DNA of 64,000 nt from Patescibacteria group bacterium (GTDB taxonomy: Bacteria > Patescibacteriota > Gracilibacteria > UBA1369 > PNNO01): positions 64,001 to 128,000 of the forward strand of contig JBHPIO010000001.1 in assembly GCA_042568575.1 (NCBI GenBank), read 5' to 3'. The translations under genes and the position numbers were made by a program. The notes beneath the pieces are model-generated. The model was given only the letters and a program-made list of their open reading frames with translations. It searched no databases and was not told the DNA's origin. Below are positions 40,498-49,828 of this stretch, in pieces (within the stretch, counting starts at the first letter, position 1; every line of letters starts with the position of its first letter).

Positions 40498-41580
40498 ATG
40501 CTAAATAAAAAACTAAACTGGCATAAAGAAATAAATATCGGCGGAATAAAACAAGTCGATATTTTACTTTTCACTAAACACTTATCCGTCGCCTTAGAAA
40601 GCGGCTTAACTCTTGTAGAAGGGTTAGAACTTTTGCGCGATCAAGCAAAAGGAAAAATGAAAATGGTTATTAACGGCATTCACGAAACTGTTTATAGTGG
40701 AAAATCATTTCACGAAGCATTGAATCCTCACACCAAATATTTTTCTGCTATATACATAAACATGGTAAAATCTGGAGAACTTTCAGGGACATTACAAGAA
40801 AATCTCGCAAGACTTAGCGATCAATTGAATAAAAAGCTAAAAATAAAGAAAAAGGTGAAATCAGCAATGCTTTACCCTATGTTTATTTTCATTGCGATAT
40901 TTGGACTCGGCATGTCTGTGGCAATCTTTGTTTTACCAAAAATCCTGCCACTATTCAAAATCCTTGATGTTGAACTTCCCGTAACCACAAAAGCACTAAT
41001 ATATGTTGCCGAACTATTCGAGACACAAGGATTGCTTATTTTTGCAGGAATGATAGTTGGAACAATTTTTCTCATATGGTTTTTTAAAGCAGATTTTATG
41101 AAACCTATTAGCCATCGAATAATGCTAAAAATTCCAATAATCAAACACATAATCATTAAAGTTAATTTGGAAAGATTCCTATACACTCTTGGGACATTGC
41201 TTGAAAGCGGAATATCCCTAGATCAAGCCATTAAAATAACAACATCTGCAACAGACAACAGAGTCTACAAGAAAATCATTGGATCATTTTTACAGGATAT
41301 TGAAGCTGGGAAGAACTTAGCATCATCTTTGGTAAGTGATCCCAAGTTGTTTCCAATCATTGTGTCTAGAATGGTTGGAGTAGGAGAGAGAACCGGAAAT
41401 TTACACAGTACTCTTAAATATCTATCTAAATTTTACGAAGAAGAGATTGATTCATCTATGAAAAACCTATCAACCATAATCGAACCGGTGTTATTAATAT
41501 TTATTGGGATAATTGTAGGAACAGTTGCAATTTCCATTCTCGGACCAATTTATCAAATCACCGGAAGCCTTAGAAACTAA
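40498..41580 (+). CDS. pilC: Type IV pilus/T2SS inner-membrane platform protein (PilC/GspF)
   Basis: Motifs FTKHL...LESG, GELSG.L, AMLYP, VGERTGNL, IIEP. Confidence 0.9.
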   Translation: MLNKKLNWHKEINIGGIKQVDILLFTKHLSVALESGLTLVEGLELLRDQAKGKMKMVINGIHETVYSGKSFHEALNPHTKYFSAIYINMVKSGELSGTLQENLARLSDQLNKKLKIKKKVKSAMLYPMFIFIAIFGLGMSVAIFVLPKILPLFKILDVELPVTTKALIYVAELFETQGLLIFAGMIVGTIFLIWFFKADFMKPISHRIMLKIPIIKHIIIKVNLERFLYTLGTLLESGISLDQAIKITTSATDNRVYKKIIGSFLQDIEAGKNLASSLVSDPKLFPIIVSRMVGVGERTGNLHSTLKYLSKFYEEEIDSSMKNLSTIIEPVLLIFIGIIVGTVAISILGPIYQITGSLRN

Positions 41581-41586
41581 ACAAAT

Positions 41587-42816
41587 ATGGAAAACAAAAA
41601 TCATAAAAAAAATGGATTTACGATAATTGAACTTCTATTGGTAATAGCACTTACAGTAATCATATTTTCAGGTGTATTTGCGGTTCAGGGAAGATTTCTT
41701 GTAAACACATACCTTGATACAAATACAGAACAGATAGTTCAGCAATTACGGCTCGCACAAATGCGTTCGATAAGTAAATTTAAAGATTCTGAGTGGGGTG
41801 TTTATTTTGACGAAGACGTGGACGGAAATGATGACAAATTTGTACTTTTTAAAGGCTCTAACTATGAAAACAGAGATCAATCATATGACATCATAACCAA
41901 TTTACCTGACTCCATAGCGCTTTCAAGCATTAACTTAACAGGCGGCACTGATTATATCGTTTTCAATAAAGTTACTGGAGCAACAAAAAACTCTGGATCA
42001 ATTCAAATTTTTGATAATCAAGAAGGTGTAAATACAATTTTAATCAATGGGAAAGGGCTTACAGGGGTAAATGAAATCCCAGCAGGAAGTGGTAGTGGTG
42101 ACTCAACTGAACCATTATCAATAACCGACTTAGCTCTATCCGGTGCCACCGAAGAAAGCCTGGATCTTTCTTGGAGTGCAACAGGAGACGATGGAATTGT
42201 CGGCATTGCAGATTTGTATGATGTCAGATATTCAACATCAACAATAACAGAAGAAAACTGGGCAACTGCAACTCACGTTGCAGCAGAACCAACGCCAGCT
42301 GCTTATGGGTCAGCAGAATCGATGACAGTTTCTGGATTATCATCCGCAACAACATATTATTTTGCCATGAAAGCTTTGGATGAAGTGCCAAATGAATCAT
42401 CCCTTTCCAATGTAGTTTCACTAACAACTTTGGATTCAAGTTCACAAACAGAATCACTAGTTGTTAATACTTCAAAAGCATATTTATCAAATGGGAATAA
42501 ATATCTTAAAGGAATCACAATAAGCAATAGCGCAGAGGAGGACATAATAATCGATAAAATGACTGTTGAATGGAATAATGAGCCATACAAAAGAACATAT
42601 CTAAGAGTAATTAGGATTAATTCGAGGAATGTTTGGGTTGGATATGGATATTCAGGTGTAGAGGTTGATATAAAGGATTTCACGCTTTCACCAAAGCAGA
42701 AAAGTTATTCAATTAATCAAATTAGATTCACTAAAAATATGAAGGGATCCAATATAACAATAACATTAACAATGGCAGACAAAAGTACCATAACAACCCC
42801 CGTACTAAAATTTTAA
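41587..42816 (+). CDS. Large minor pilin with FN3 domain and C-terminal beta domain
   Basis: Prepilin site NG|FTIIE. FN3 motif ITDL...LSWSATGDDG..G.A..YDVRYS...GLSSATTYYFAMKA.DEVPN.S.LSN. Confidence 0.8.
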   Translation: MENKNHKKNGFTIIELLLVIALTVIIFSGVFAVQGRFLVNTYLDTNTEQIVQQLRLAQMRSISKFKDSEWGVYFDEDVDGNDDKFVLFKGSNYENRDQSYDIITNLPDSIALSSINLTGGTDYIVFNKVTGATKNSGSIQIFDNQEGVNTILINGKGLTGVNEIPAGSGSGDSTEPLSITDLALSGATEESLDLSWSATGDDGIVGIADLYDVRYSTSTITEENWATATHVAAEPTPAAYGSAESMTVSGLSSATTYYFAMKALDEVPNESSLSNVVSLTTLDSSSQTESLVVNTSKAYLSNGNKYLKGITISNSAEEDIIIDKMTVEWNNEPYKRTYLRVIRINSRNVWVGYGYSGVEVDIKDFTLSPKQKSYSINQIRFTKNMKGSNITITLTMADKSTITTPVLKF

Positions 42817-42817
42817 A

Positions 42818-43666
42818 ATGAACAAAATCAAAAGAAATAAAGGCAACTCAATTATTGAAATAATCATTGCGATTGGAATATTCGCTTTAGTTTTTCCTAC
42901 TTTATCGATTTTGGTAATTGGGGGTTTCAGCACTACCTTGCGAGATAGTGAACGCTTCCAGGCCGACATGTATCTGCAACAAGGATTCGAAGCAATGCGA
43001 TCTATTAGAGATTACGGTTACGCCAATTTAACCACTGGAACACACGGACTCACAAAAACAAATGGATACTGGGAATTATCAGGAAGTTCTGACACAAACG
43101 GTCAATTCACGCGCGAGATAGTAGTTGAAGAAGTAGAGAGAGACAGCAATTGTGCAATTGTTGCTAGTGGGGGAAAAGTCGACAATAACTCAAAAAAAAT
43201 AACAGCAACAATAACGTGGGACATTGAAGCCGGAAACAGCACCTCTATTTCAACAAGCCAATATTTACATAATTGGACCGATGCCACAGGATGCAATGCT
43301 TCGGATAACTTTAGCGTTGATACTTCAAGTGCATATTTATCAAGTGGCAATAAGACAATAAATGATATATTCATTGAAAACACCGGAGGAGTTGGGATAA
43401 GTATCGATAAAATAACAGTTTCATGGAGTGGAGCGCCTAGCGGCACTGATATTAAAAGAATTAAAATTGACGGAGACACTCTTTGGTCTGGAAATAAAGG
43501 TTCCGGAGAAGTATTGAATATAGAAAATTTCACACTTGATGCGGGATCAGGTGTATATGAAATAGACCAAATTAGATTCGACAAATCAATGGTTGGAACA
43601 ACAGTTAGTCTTGAATTTGAAATGACAGACACAAGCACAGCAACTATTCCTAATATTCAATTTTAA
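42818..43666 (+). CDS. Minor pilin (PilV-like) with C-terminal beta domain
   Basis: Prepilin-like KG|NSIIEIIIA, then QQGFEAMRSIRD, FTREI, SKKITATITW. Confidence 0.75.
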   Translation: MNKIKRNKGNSIIEIIIAIGIFALVFPTLSILVIGGFSTTLRDSERFQADMYLQQGFEAMRSIRDYGYANLTTGTHGLTKTNGYWELSGSSDTNGQFTREIVVEEVERDSNCAIVASGGKVDNNSKKITATITWDIEAGNSTSISTSQYLHNWTDATGCNASDNFSVDTSSAYLSSGNKTINDIFIENTGGVGISIDKITVSWSGAPSGTDIKRIKIDGDTLWSGNKGSGEVLNIENFTLDAGSGVYEIDQIRFDKSMVGTTVSLEFEMTDTSTATIPNIQF

Positions 43667-44215
43667 ATGAAAAAGCCAGTTACACAGAAAGGATTTACTC
43701 TCGTTGAGTTCATAATATATGTGGCAATAGCTTCTTTTGTGCTTATTTCAACCGTAAATGTAAGTTGGAACATTATGAGTGCACAGGCTAATTTCAATGC
43801 AAAACAGGAAGTCTACATCAACTCCAGACTAGCCATGAATCAAGTTGGAATAGTGATCAAGGAAGCCGAAGACGTACTTACTGCCCAATCTGTATTCGAT
43901 TCGCATCCTGGCGTGCTCACTTTAGATTATCCAGGAGTTAATGACGTTATAATTGATACTTACATCAAAAACATAAGTGTTGGAGGTCAGTCAGCCGCAA
44001 TTCGCAAACTTCAAATCAAGGGGATTGATGGAAGCTTTACGGATTTAACAACAGACAAAGTTAATGTTACTAACTTTAAATTAACAAACCTTACTCGTGG
44101 ATCAGAGAAAGACAACATAAATATGGAATTACGAATTGAAAAAATCAACCCAGGGGACGATCCAACATACGATGCTTCTATTGAGTTTGAAACGGCAATT
44201 TCTTTAAGAGAATAA
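43667..44215 (+). CDS. Minor pilin (PilW/GspJ-like)
   Basis: KG|FTLVE followed by a hydrophobic helix. Confidence 0.8.
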   Translation: MKKPVTQKGFTLVEFIIYVAIASFVLISTVNVSWNIMSAQANFNAKQEVYINSRLAMNQVGIVIKEAEDVLTAQSVFDSHPGVLTLDYPGVNDVIIDTYIKNISVGGQSAAIRKLQIKGIDGSFTDLTTDKVNVTNFKLTNLTRGSEKDNINMELRIEKINPGDDPTYDASIEFETAISLRE

Positions 44216-44217
44216 AT

Positions 44218-44622
44218 ATGAACAAAATAATGAAAACAATTAGAAAAACAAATGAAGGTGCTGCTGTGCTAATTATTGTTATTATTATGGGGTCGGCAAT
44301 GCTATTAATTGCGTTAAGTCTCGGCATATCTTCAATTTCTGAAAATCTGATAAATCTCTATCAAAGTCAATCGAGTCGGTTGTCGCTTAGCATTGATGGT
44401 TGTGCTGAAGAAGCCTTAATACGGCTTAACAGGGATAATAGCTACAACGAAGAAACTCTTTCAATTGGAGGGACTTCTTGCACAATTAGCGTATCAGGTA
44501 GTGGAAGCAGTAGGACTATTAATGTTGCAGGAACAAAAAGCGATTACAGCAGAGAGCTGGAAATCGCAGTAAATATATCACCTACATATGCCATAACTTC
44601 ATGGCAGGAACTAACCACATAA
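44218..44622 (+). CDS. Minor pilin (PilX/GspK-like)
   Basis: EG|AAVLII (no E5), DGCAEEAL.RL, ITSWQE end. Confidence 0.7.
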   Translation: MNKIMKTIRKTNEGAAVLIIVIIMGSAMLLIALSLGISSISENLINLYQSQSSRLSLSIDGCAEEALIRLNRDNSYNEETLSIGGTSCTISVSGSGSSRTINVAGTKSDYSRELEIAVNISPTYAITSWQELTT

Positions 44623-44624
44623 CT

Positions 44625-45587
44625 ATGTTCGAATTTTTTAAGAAAAGAAATCTCACTTTATATTGTACAGACACCTATGTACAAATACTCGTCCTAAAAG
44701 GCAAAAAGCGAAATATGAGAGTTGGCGCGTACGGTCAACGAAATCTATCATCAGGTATAATCAAAAACGGTGAGATTATGCAGGAAAAACAGCTAGCTAT
44801 AGAAATAATCACACTCCTTTCTGAGTTAAATATTAAAGATAAGAATTGCCTTATCGCCCTACCGAAAAATCATATTTTTGAGCATATCATTTACATGGAC
44901 TCTTCACTAAAAAAAGAGGCTTTTACAGAGAAATTAGAAGAAGAAATTAAAAAAATAATTCCAATACCTTTTCAAGAGTTAAAATATACTTATAGTGCTA
45001 CAACATACGGAAAAGCGCAGGCAGTATATGTTGTGGCCATAAAAAAAGAAATAGTTGCCAAATATTACGAAGTTTTGAAGTCCTTCTGCAATCTTAATCC
45101 TTTAGTCTTTGAATCTGAAACTTCAAGTTTAATAAGAAATGTTCCAATAGATTTGCGCGAAGATAAGGGGAAAATCCTAATTGAAGTCCTTCCAAATAAA
45201 ACTGAATGGCTCATTCTCTGGAAGGAAAATATTTTCGATAGCAATACAATATCTAAGACAGGGGATCAGGATGATATTCAAATTGTCACAAGCGACTTGT
45301 TGGAATCAATAATTAATTTTTCTAATAAAACCAAACGCAAAATAAGTGATATCTATTTAATAGGGGACAAAGAAAAAGCTGCAATTATAGGTAACTCTCT
45401 AGAACAAAGCGTGAAACTCAAACCTCAATATCTTTCTGATTTCAGAATCAACTTAAAAACTAAAAAAGAAAATTTGTCTACAAAATTTAAAGTAATTGGT
45501 GGTCTAGCACTACATGAAATGAATCAGAAAAATTCTCTTAACTTAATCCCAAAAAATCCTAAGAAGGGGGTTGCTAGAGGGGGATAA
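44625..45587 (+). CDS. pilM: PilM-like pilus assembly protein (start re-called to 44625)
   Basis: Pattern GIIKNGEI....LA..I..L, IALP, IIPIP..EL.Y.Y, V.A.KKEIV..Y, ESE..SL.R, IYLIG, GLAL. Confidence 0.65.
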   Translation: MFEFFKKRNLTLYCTDTYVQILVLKGKKRNMRVGAYGQRNLSSGIIKNGEIMQEKQLAIEIITLLSELNIKDKNCLIALPKNHIFEHIIYMDSSLKKEAFTEKLEEEIKKIIPIPFQELKYTYSATTYGKAQAVYVVAIKKEIVAKYYEVLKSFCNLNPLVFESETSSLIRNVPIDLREDKGKILIEVLPNKTEWLILWKENIFDSNTISKTGDQDDIQIVTSDLLESIINFSNKTKRKISDIYLIGDKEKAAIIGNSLEQSVKLKPQYLSDFRINLKTKKENLSTKFKVIGGLALHEMNQKNSLNLIPKNPKKGVARGG

Positions 45588-45599
45588 TTGATGTATAAT
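45571..45599 (+). promoter_or_regulatory. Promoter of the major pilin gene
   Basis: TTGCTA-17bp-TATAAT. Confidence 0.6.
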
Positions 45600-45686
45600 A
45601 ATAGTAGTTGAAGTAAATCTTCGGTTACCTCAAGTTAATTTGTTCTTTGACCTTTCGTGCCTTAAATAACCTTAATATAAACATTT

Positions 45687-46220
45687 ATGGGTAATCTATG
45701 CAAAACGCATAGGAGCACAAGGAGCACTCGGAGCAACAAGGGGTTCACCCTCATCGAATTAATCATCGTAATAGCAGTAATTGCTATTCTTGCGGGCTCG
45801 ATTTTCGTAGCCATCGACCCAGCAAGGCGTTTAAACGAATCACGTAATGCAAGACGTGCAAGCGATGTAACAACAGTTTTAGACGCTGTTATAAAATACC
45901 AGGCTGATAATGAAGGAACTCATTATTCAACCGTGGCTGCATTAACTGCTGGTAATTACTATACTATCGGTACATGCGCTACAGGTGGAAATAGTGATTG
46001 TGGAGCTCAAACTACACAGGCAGCTTGTGTAGATCTTTCAAGCATTGGGTCAAACTACCTTGCATCTATACCAATGGATCCAAAAACTGGAACTGCTGCA
46101 AAATCAGACTACTATCTGATGGTTGATTCAAATGGAGCGGTAACTGTTGGTTCATGCGACCCTGAAGGAGAAGGTTCAGGTGGAAGCGGAACTGCACCAA
46201 CAATTGAGTTAAGTCGCTAA
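45687..46220 (+). CDS. Type IV major pilin / GspG-like prepilin
   Basis: KG|FTLIELIIVIAVIAILA, DPARR...RNARR.SD, YL..IP.DP. Confidence 0.85.
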   Translation: MGNLCKTHRSTRSTRSNKGFTLIELIIVIAVIAILAGSIFVAIDPARRLNESRNARRASDVTTVLDAVIKYQADNEGTHYSTVAALTAGNYYTIGTCATGGNSDCGAQTTQAACVDLSSIGSNYLASIPMDPKTGTAAKSDYYLMVDSNGAVTVGSCDPEGEGSGGSGTAPTIELSR

Positions 46221-46239
46221 CATTTGAAAAAATTGCACC

Positions 46240-46623
46240 ATGGCAGATAAGAAACCATTAAAAGTAATGGTGGCTGAGGATGACTCGTTCCTAATGAACA
46301 TGTACTTAGCCAAATTTAAACAGGAAGGATATGAAGTCATTGCTTCGGCTGATGGAGTTGAAGCAATAACTTCCCTCAAAGCAGGAGAAAATCCTGATAT
46401 CATTCTATTAGATATAATGATGCCCAATAAAAATGGGTTTGAAGTCTTGGATTTTATAAACACAGATCCAAAATTAAAGAAAACACCTGTTATAATTCTT
46501 TCTAATCTAGGTCAAGAATCAGACATTCAACGAGGAAAAGATGCCGGTGCAGTAGATTTTATAGTGAAAGCAAATATTTCTTTAGAAGATATCGTTACTA
46601 AAATCAAGAAATATACAGCTTAA
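46240..46623 (+). CDS. Single-domain response regulator (CheY-like)
   Basis: Motifs AEDD, ILLDIMMP..NG, PVIILSN, FIVK. Confidence 0.9.
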   Translation: MADKKPLKVMVAEDDSFLMNMYLAKFKQEGYEVIASADGVEAITSLKAGENPDIILLDIMMPNKNGFEVLDFINTDPKLKKTPVIILSNLGQESDIQRGKDAGAVDFIVKANISLEDIVTKIKKYTA

Positions 46624-46624
46624 A

Positions 46625-47185
46625 TTAGAGATTCAGAAAATTGAACATCAATTTCGCCCCATATTCTGTCATAAATGACTCGGGATGGAATTGAACACCA
46701 TAAACCTCGTAATCTTTATGCTTAATTGCCATAGGGATTTTGTCGTTAGTCCAGGCAACAACATTTAGACATGCCGGGATATCGTCTATTATAAGAGAAT
46801 GATAACGAGCAACATCAATATTATTTTCAATGTTATTAAATAGATCATTTTGCGTATGTTGAATATTCGAAGTTTTGCCATGAACCGGCAGGGGAGAGGC
46901 AACTGTTTCTCCACCAAAGACTTCATTTATGCATTGCATCCCCAAGCATACACCTAAAATAGGCTTTGTCTTATAGTATTGCCCTATAAGTGATTTGGAA
47001 ATCCCTGCATCTTTAGGAGTTTTAGGACCAGGTGAAATCACGAATTTGTCAAATTCATCAAATAATGGTGTGATTTCTTGATCATTTCGTTTAACAATAA
47101 CTTCACATTGTTTCAACGATTTAATTTGTTGAAACAAATTGTATGTAAACGAATCAAAATTATCGATAAGTAAAATTTTTTGCAT
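46625..47185 (-). CDS. pabA: Aminodeoxychorismate/anthranilate synthase component II (start re-called to 47185)
   Basis: Motifs LLIDNFDSFTYNL, ISPGP, LGVCLGMQ, RYHSL, QFHPES. Confidence 0.85.
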   Translation of the reverse strand: MQKILLIDNFDSFTYNLFQQIKSLKQCEVIVKRNDQEITPLFDEFDKFVISPGPKTPKDAGISKSLIGQYYKTKPILGVCLGMQCINEVFGGETVASPLPVHGKTSNIQHTQNDLFNNIENNIDVARYHSLIIDDIPACLNVVAWTNDKIPMAIKHKDYEVYGVQFHPESFMTEYGAKLMFNFLNL

Positions 47186-47437
47186 AAAAATTTTTATATG
47201 GGGGCGAATTGAACTATACAAAATTTATTAGGGAAAAGGAAGAAAAACATATACAAATTTTTAGACGAAGAGTATGATTGGACGTTTTTTTTCTTTAAAC
47301 GCCTAAAATCGAACGTTTTGAATATCGCGCTTATACAAGCCATTGCTCGGGGATCGGGGTAGAGGAATATCACGGAATTTAAACTGAATCATATTTATAG
47401 ATAGAAAAAAAGCTTATTCTAAGCCTAAACACACTTT

Positions 47438-47465
47438 TGTTTGCACAAGATATATTGTGCAAAAT
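47438..47465. promoter_or_regulatory. 28-bp inverted repeat with dif-like 11-6-11 layout (or a protein operator)
   Basis: TGTTTGCACAA-GATATA-TTGTGCAAAAT with 9-bp perfect inverted arms. Confidence 0.35.
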
Positions 47466-47500
47466 ACTATCTGTTGATCAAATTAGTTATCCCCTGCATT

Positions 47501-49108
47501 TTATTTCAAATCTTTAACCATGAATGTATCTCCTAATTTGAATCCACGTTTTCGATAATACTCTCGAACTCCAATTCCGCTAATCACGGCCAATTTCGAA
47601 AGTTTATATTCAGAAGTAATTTCTTCTGCACGCTCAAGTAGCCTCTTCCCGTAGCCCTGATGCTGAACCGCTAAATCATCATGTTGCGTTAATGGAATCT
47701 GAGCACCATAAGTATGCAGCTCACGAATCACAGCAGCATATTCTAAATCTTTTATAAAATGCTTCTCGCCAGAAAAAATCTGCGAAGGTATTCTTAAGCG
47801 CAAAAAAGCAATAAGCTTATTCTGTTTTATATCTTCAAAACTCAAGAAATGCTCTTTCCCCTCAGATGAATCGTAAACTCGCTCTATCAGTTTAACGTCT
47901 TTAATATCGACCTGAGTATCACGAACTTCCCTACATCGAATGCATTTGCAACTCTCCCCTTTCTCGTACATATTTGCATGAACCACTTGCCGCAAATTAG
48001 AAACTGTTGAACCACCAAGAATACTTTCGGCCGGAATATCCCTATATAAACGTGCAATTCGAACATATTCAGGAACCAATGTTTTCATTTCACTAATAAG
48101 TTCAATTAGCTCGTCGTCTGAATAAGGCTTATGTTTGCCATCCTTGAACACTTTCTCAAGCTCACTATGAGGAGTAACAACACACGGATAAATCTTAAGC
48201 CAATCAGGTTTAAAATCAGGATCTTTAAATAATTCTGCAAACATTTCGAGATCTTTTTTTGGCGTGCTTCCATAAAGATTTGGCATCATGTGGGCGTTTA
48301 TCTTGAACCCGGCATCTTTAAGAAGCTTCATTGCAGTGCGGATCTCCCCCACTCCGTGTCCCCTCTTATTTTTCTTGAGAATCTTATCATCAAGCGCTTG
48401 AATCCCTATTTCTACTTTTGTAGCCCCAAGATTTCGCATGCGCTTAACCTCATCTATATTAATCCAGTCCGGACGTGTTTCTAGAGAAAGACCAACACAT
48501 CTATGTTTTGCAGTCTCATTTATCTTCTGTGCATCCTCAAGTGAAGTTGATTTTTCGCCTTCATTAAGCGCATTATAAACTCCTCGTATAAAAGAAGTCT
48601 GATAGTTTTTTGGATAGTATGAAAAAGTTCCACCGGCAACAATAATCTCAATTTTGTCTGTTGGATGACCTGTTCTTTCAAGCCCCTGAAGACGATTTGT
48701 AACCTGACGATAACCATCAAAATCGTTGAGTATTGCTCTCATCATTGCGGGCTCATTCGAAAGGTAACTCTTTGGCATTTCCGGTTCAGAAGGGCAAAAA
48801 ATACACGTTCCCGGACAAGCATAATGCTTCGTTAAGACAGTAACATTAGCAATCCCGGATTGTGATCTAACTTTCCGCTTTATTATTAAGTCAAAAAAGA
48901 CTTTGTTTTCCTGTATATCACCATCTTTCACCAATTTCCGATAGGTCTTAATTAAAGAAACATTAGTAGGCGAACTTATACGATACTTTAGGCTATATTC
49001 GTTCTTTAACGTCTGAAGATCTTTCTGTTTAGTGATATTTTTAGAAAGCGCTTCACAGAGCAAATCTTCCAAAATTTTATTAAGCGGTTTTCGCTGCTTG
49101 CAGTCCAT
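47501..49108 (-). CDS. elp3: Elp3 tRNA uridine(34) acetyltransferase (radical SAM + GNAT; start re-called to 49108)
   Basis: Motifs RSQSGIA, CPGTCIFCP, PKSY, GGTF, LETRPD, EIGIQ, KIYP, IRELHTYG, QHQGYG..LL..AE, ISGIGVREYYRK. Confidence 0.9.
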   Translation of the reverse strand: MDCKQRKPLNKILEDLLCEALSKNITKQKDLQTLKNEYSLKYRISSPTNVSLIKTYRKLVKDGDIQENKVFFDLIIKRKVRSQSGIANVTVLTKHYACPGTCIFCPSEPEMPKSYLSNEPAMMRAILNDFDGYRQVTNRLQGLERTGHPTDKIEIIVAGGTFSYYPKNYQTSFIRGVYNALNEGEKSTSLEDAQKINETAKHRCVGLSLETRPDWINIDEVKRMRNLGATKVEIGIQALDDKILKKNKRGHGVGEIRTAMKLLKDAGFKINAHMMPNLYGSTPKKDLEMFAELFKDPDFKPDWLKIYPCVVTPHSELEKVFKDGKHKPYSDDELIELISEMKTLVPEYVRIARLYRDIPAESILGGSTVSNLRQVVHANMYEKGESCKCIRCREVRDTQVDIKDVKLIERVYDSSEGKEHFLSFEDIKQNKLIAFLRLRIPSQIFSGEKHFIKDLEYAAVIRELHTYGAQIPLTQHDDLAVQHQGYGKRLLERAEEITSEYKLSKLAVISGIGVREYYRKRGFKLGDTFMVKDLK

Positions 49109-49153
49109 ATGCCTTTCTTGTATGGTTATTATTGCGGATCCTAATTCTATCCT

Positions 49154-49828
49154 ATGAAAGAGTCGGTGGCAAAACAATTATTGCAGAAAGTTCAGGAGGA
49201 TTATGCGACTATTGCAGATGAATTTTCCCAAACAAGACAGTATGCATGGCCAGAATTTAAACATTTTAAGAAATATATTAACCCAGGTGATACAATTCTG
49301 GATCTTGGATGTGGAAATGGTCGTTTATATGAATCTTTGAAGGATTTACAAAACATAAAATATATTGGGATAGATAATAACAAAAAATTTATACAGCTTG
49401 CGCAAAAAAAGTATACAGACACAAAATTTATAGTCGGAGATGCACTAAATATCCCCCTAAAAGAGGATATCGATATCGTGCTTTCTATTGCATCTTTACA
49501 CCACATCGCCTCATCACGTTTGCGCAAAAAAAGTGTACGCGAATTATCAAGAATTACAAAGAAAAATGGATACGTCATTGTTACTGTTTGGGATCTCTTC
49601 CAAAAGCGCTACAGGAAATACATACTCCAAAGCTTGTTCAAATATTTTATTCAATTTGGGAAGTATGACTGGAATGATACGTTCATCCCATGGGGCAAGA
49701 CTGGAGTTAAAAGATACTATCATGCGTTCACAAAGCGTGAGCTAAAAAAACTCTTTGAAAAGAACGGGTTCGAGATAGTAGAATTATTTAAAACGAATAA
49801 CCTTTGCTTGGTATGCAGAAAAAAATAG
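49154..49828 (+). CDS. Class I SAM methyltransferase, Trm9/ALKBH8-like
   Basis: Motifs Y..IADEFSQTR..AWP, LDLGCGNGR, GDALNIP, SIASLHH, TVW, DTFIPW, RYYHAF...EL. Confidence 0.75.
   Translation: MKESVAKQLLQKVQEDYATIADEFSQTRQYAWPEFKHFKKYINPGDTILDLGCGNGRLYESLKDLQNIKYIGIDNNKKFIQLAQKKYTDTKFIVGDALNIPLKEDIDIVLSIASLHHIASSRLRKKSVRELSRITKKNGYVIVTVWDLFQKRYRKYILQSLFKYFIQFGKYDWNDTFIPWGKTGVKRYYHAFTKRELKKLFEKNGFEIVELFKTNNLCLVCRKK

Noticed and set aside
43102-43638. 178-aa minus-strand ORF and the many other short antisense ORFs in the track
   Set aside because: They are shadows of well-supported genes on the opposite strand and have no motifs.
47222-47500. Replication origin or NrdR box in the long intergenic region
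   Set aside because: Only one degenerate DnaA-box-like word (TTATCCCCT) and no dnaA nearby. The palindrome spacing is 2 bp longer than an NrdR box.
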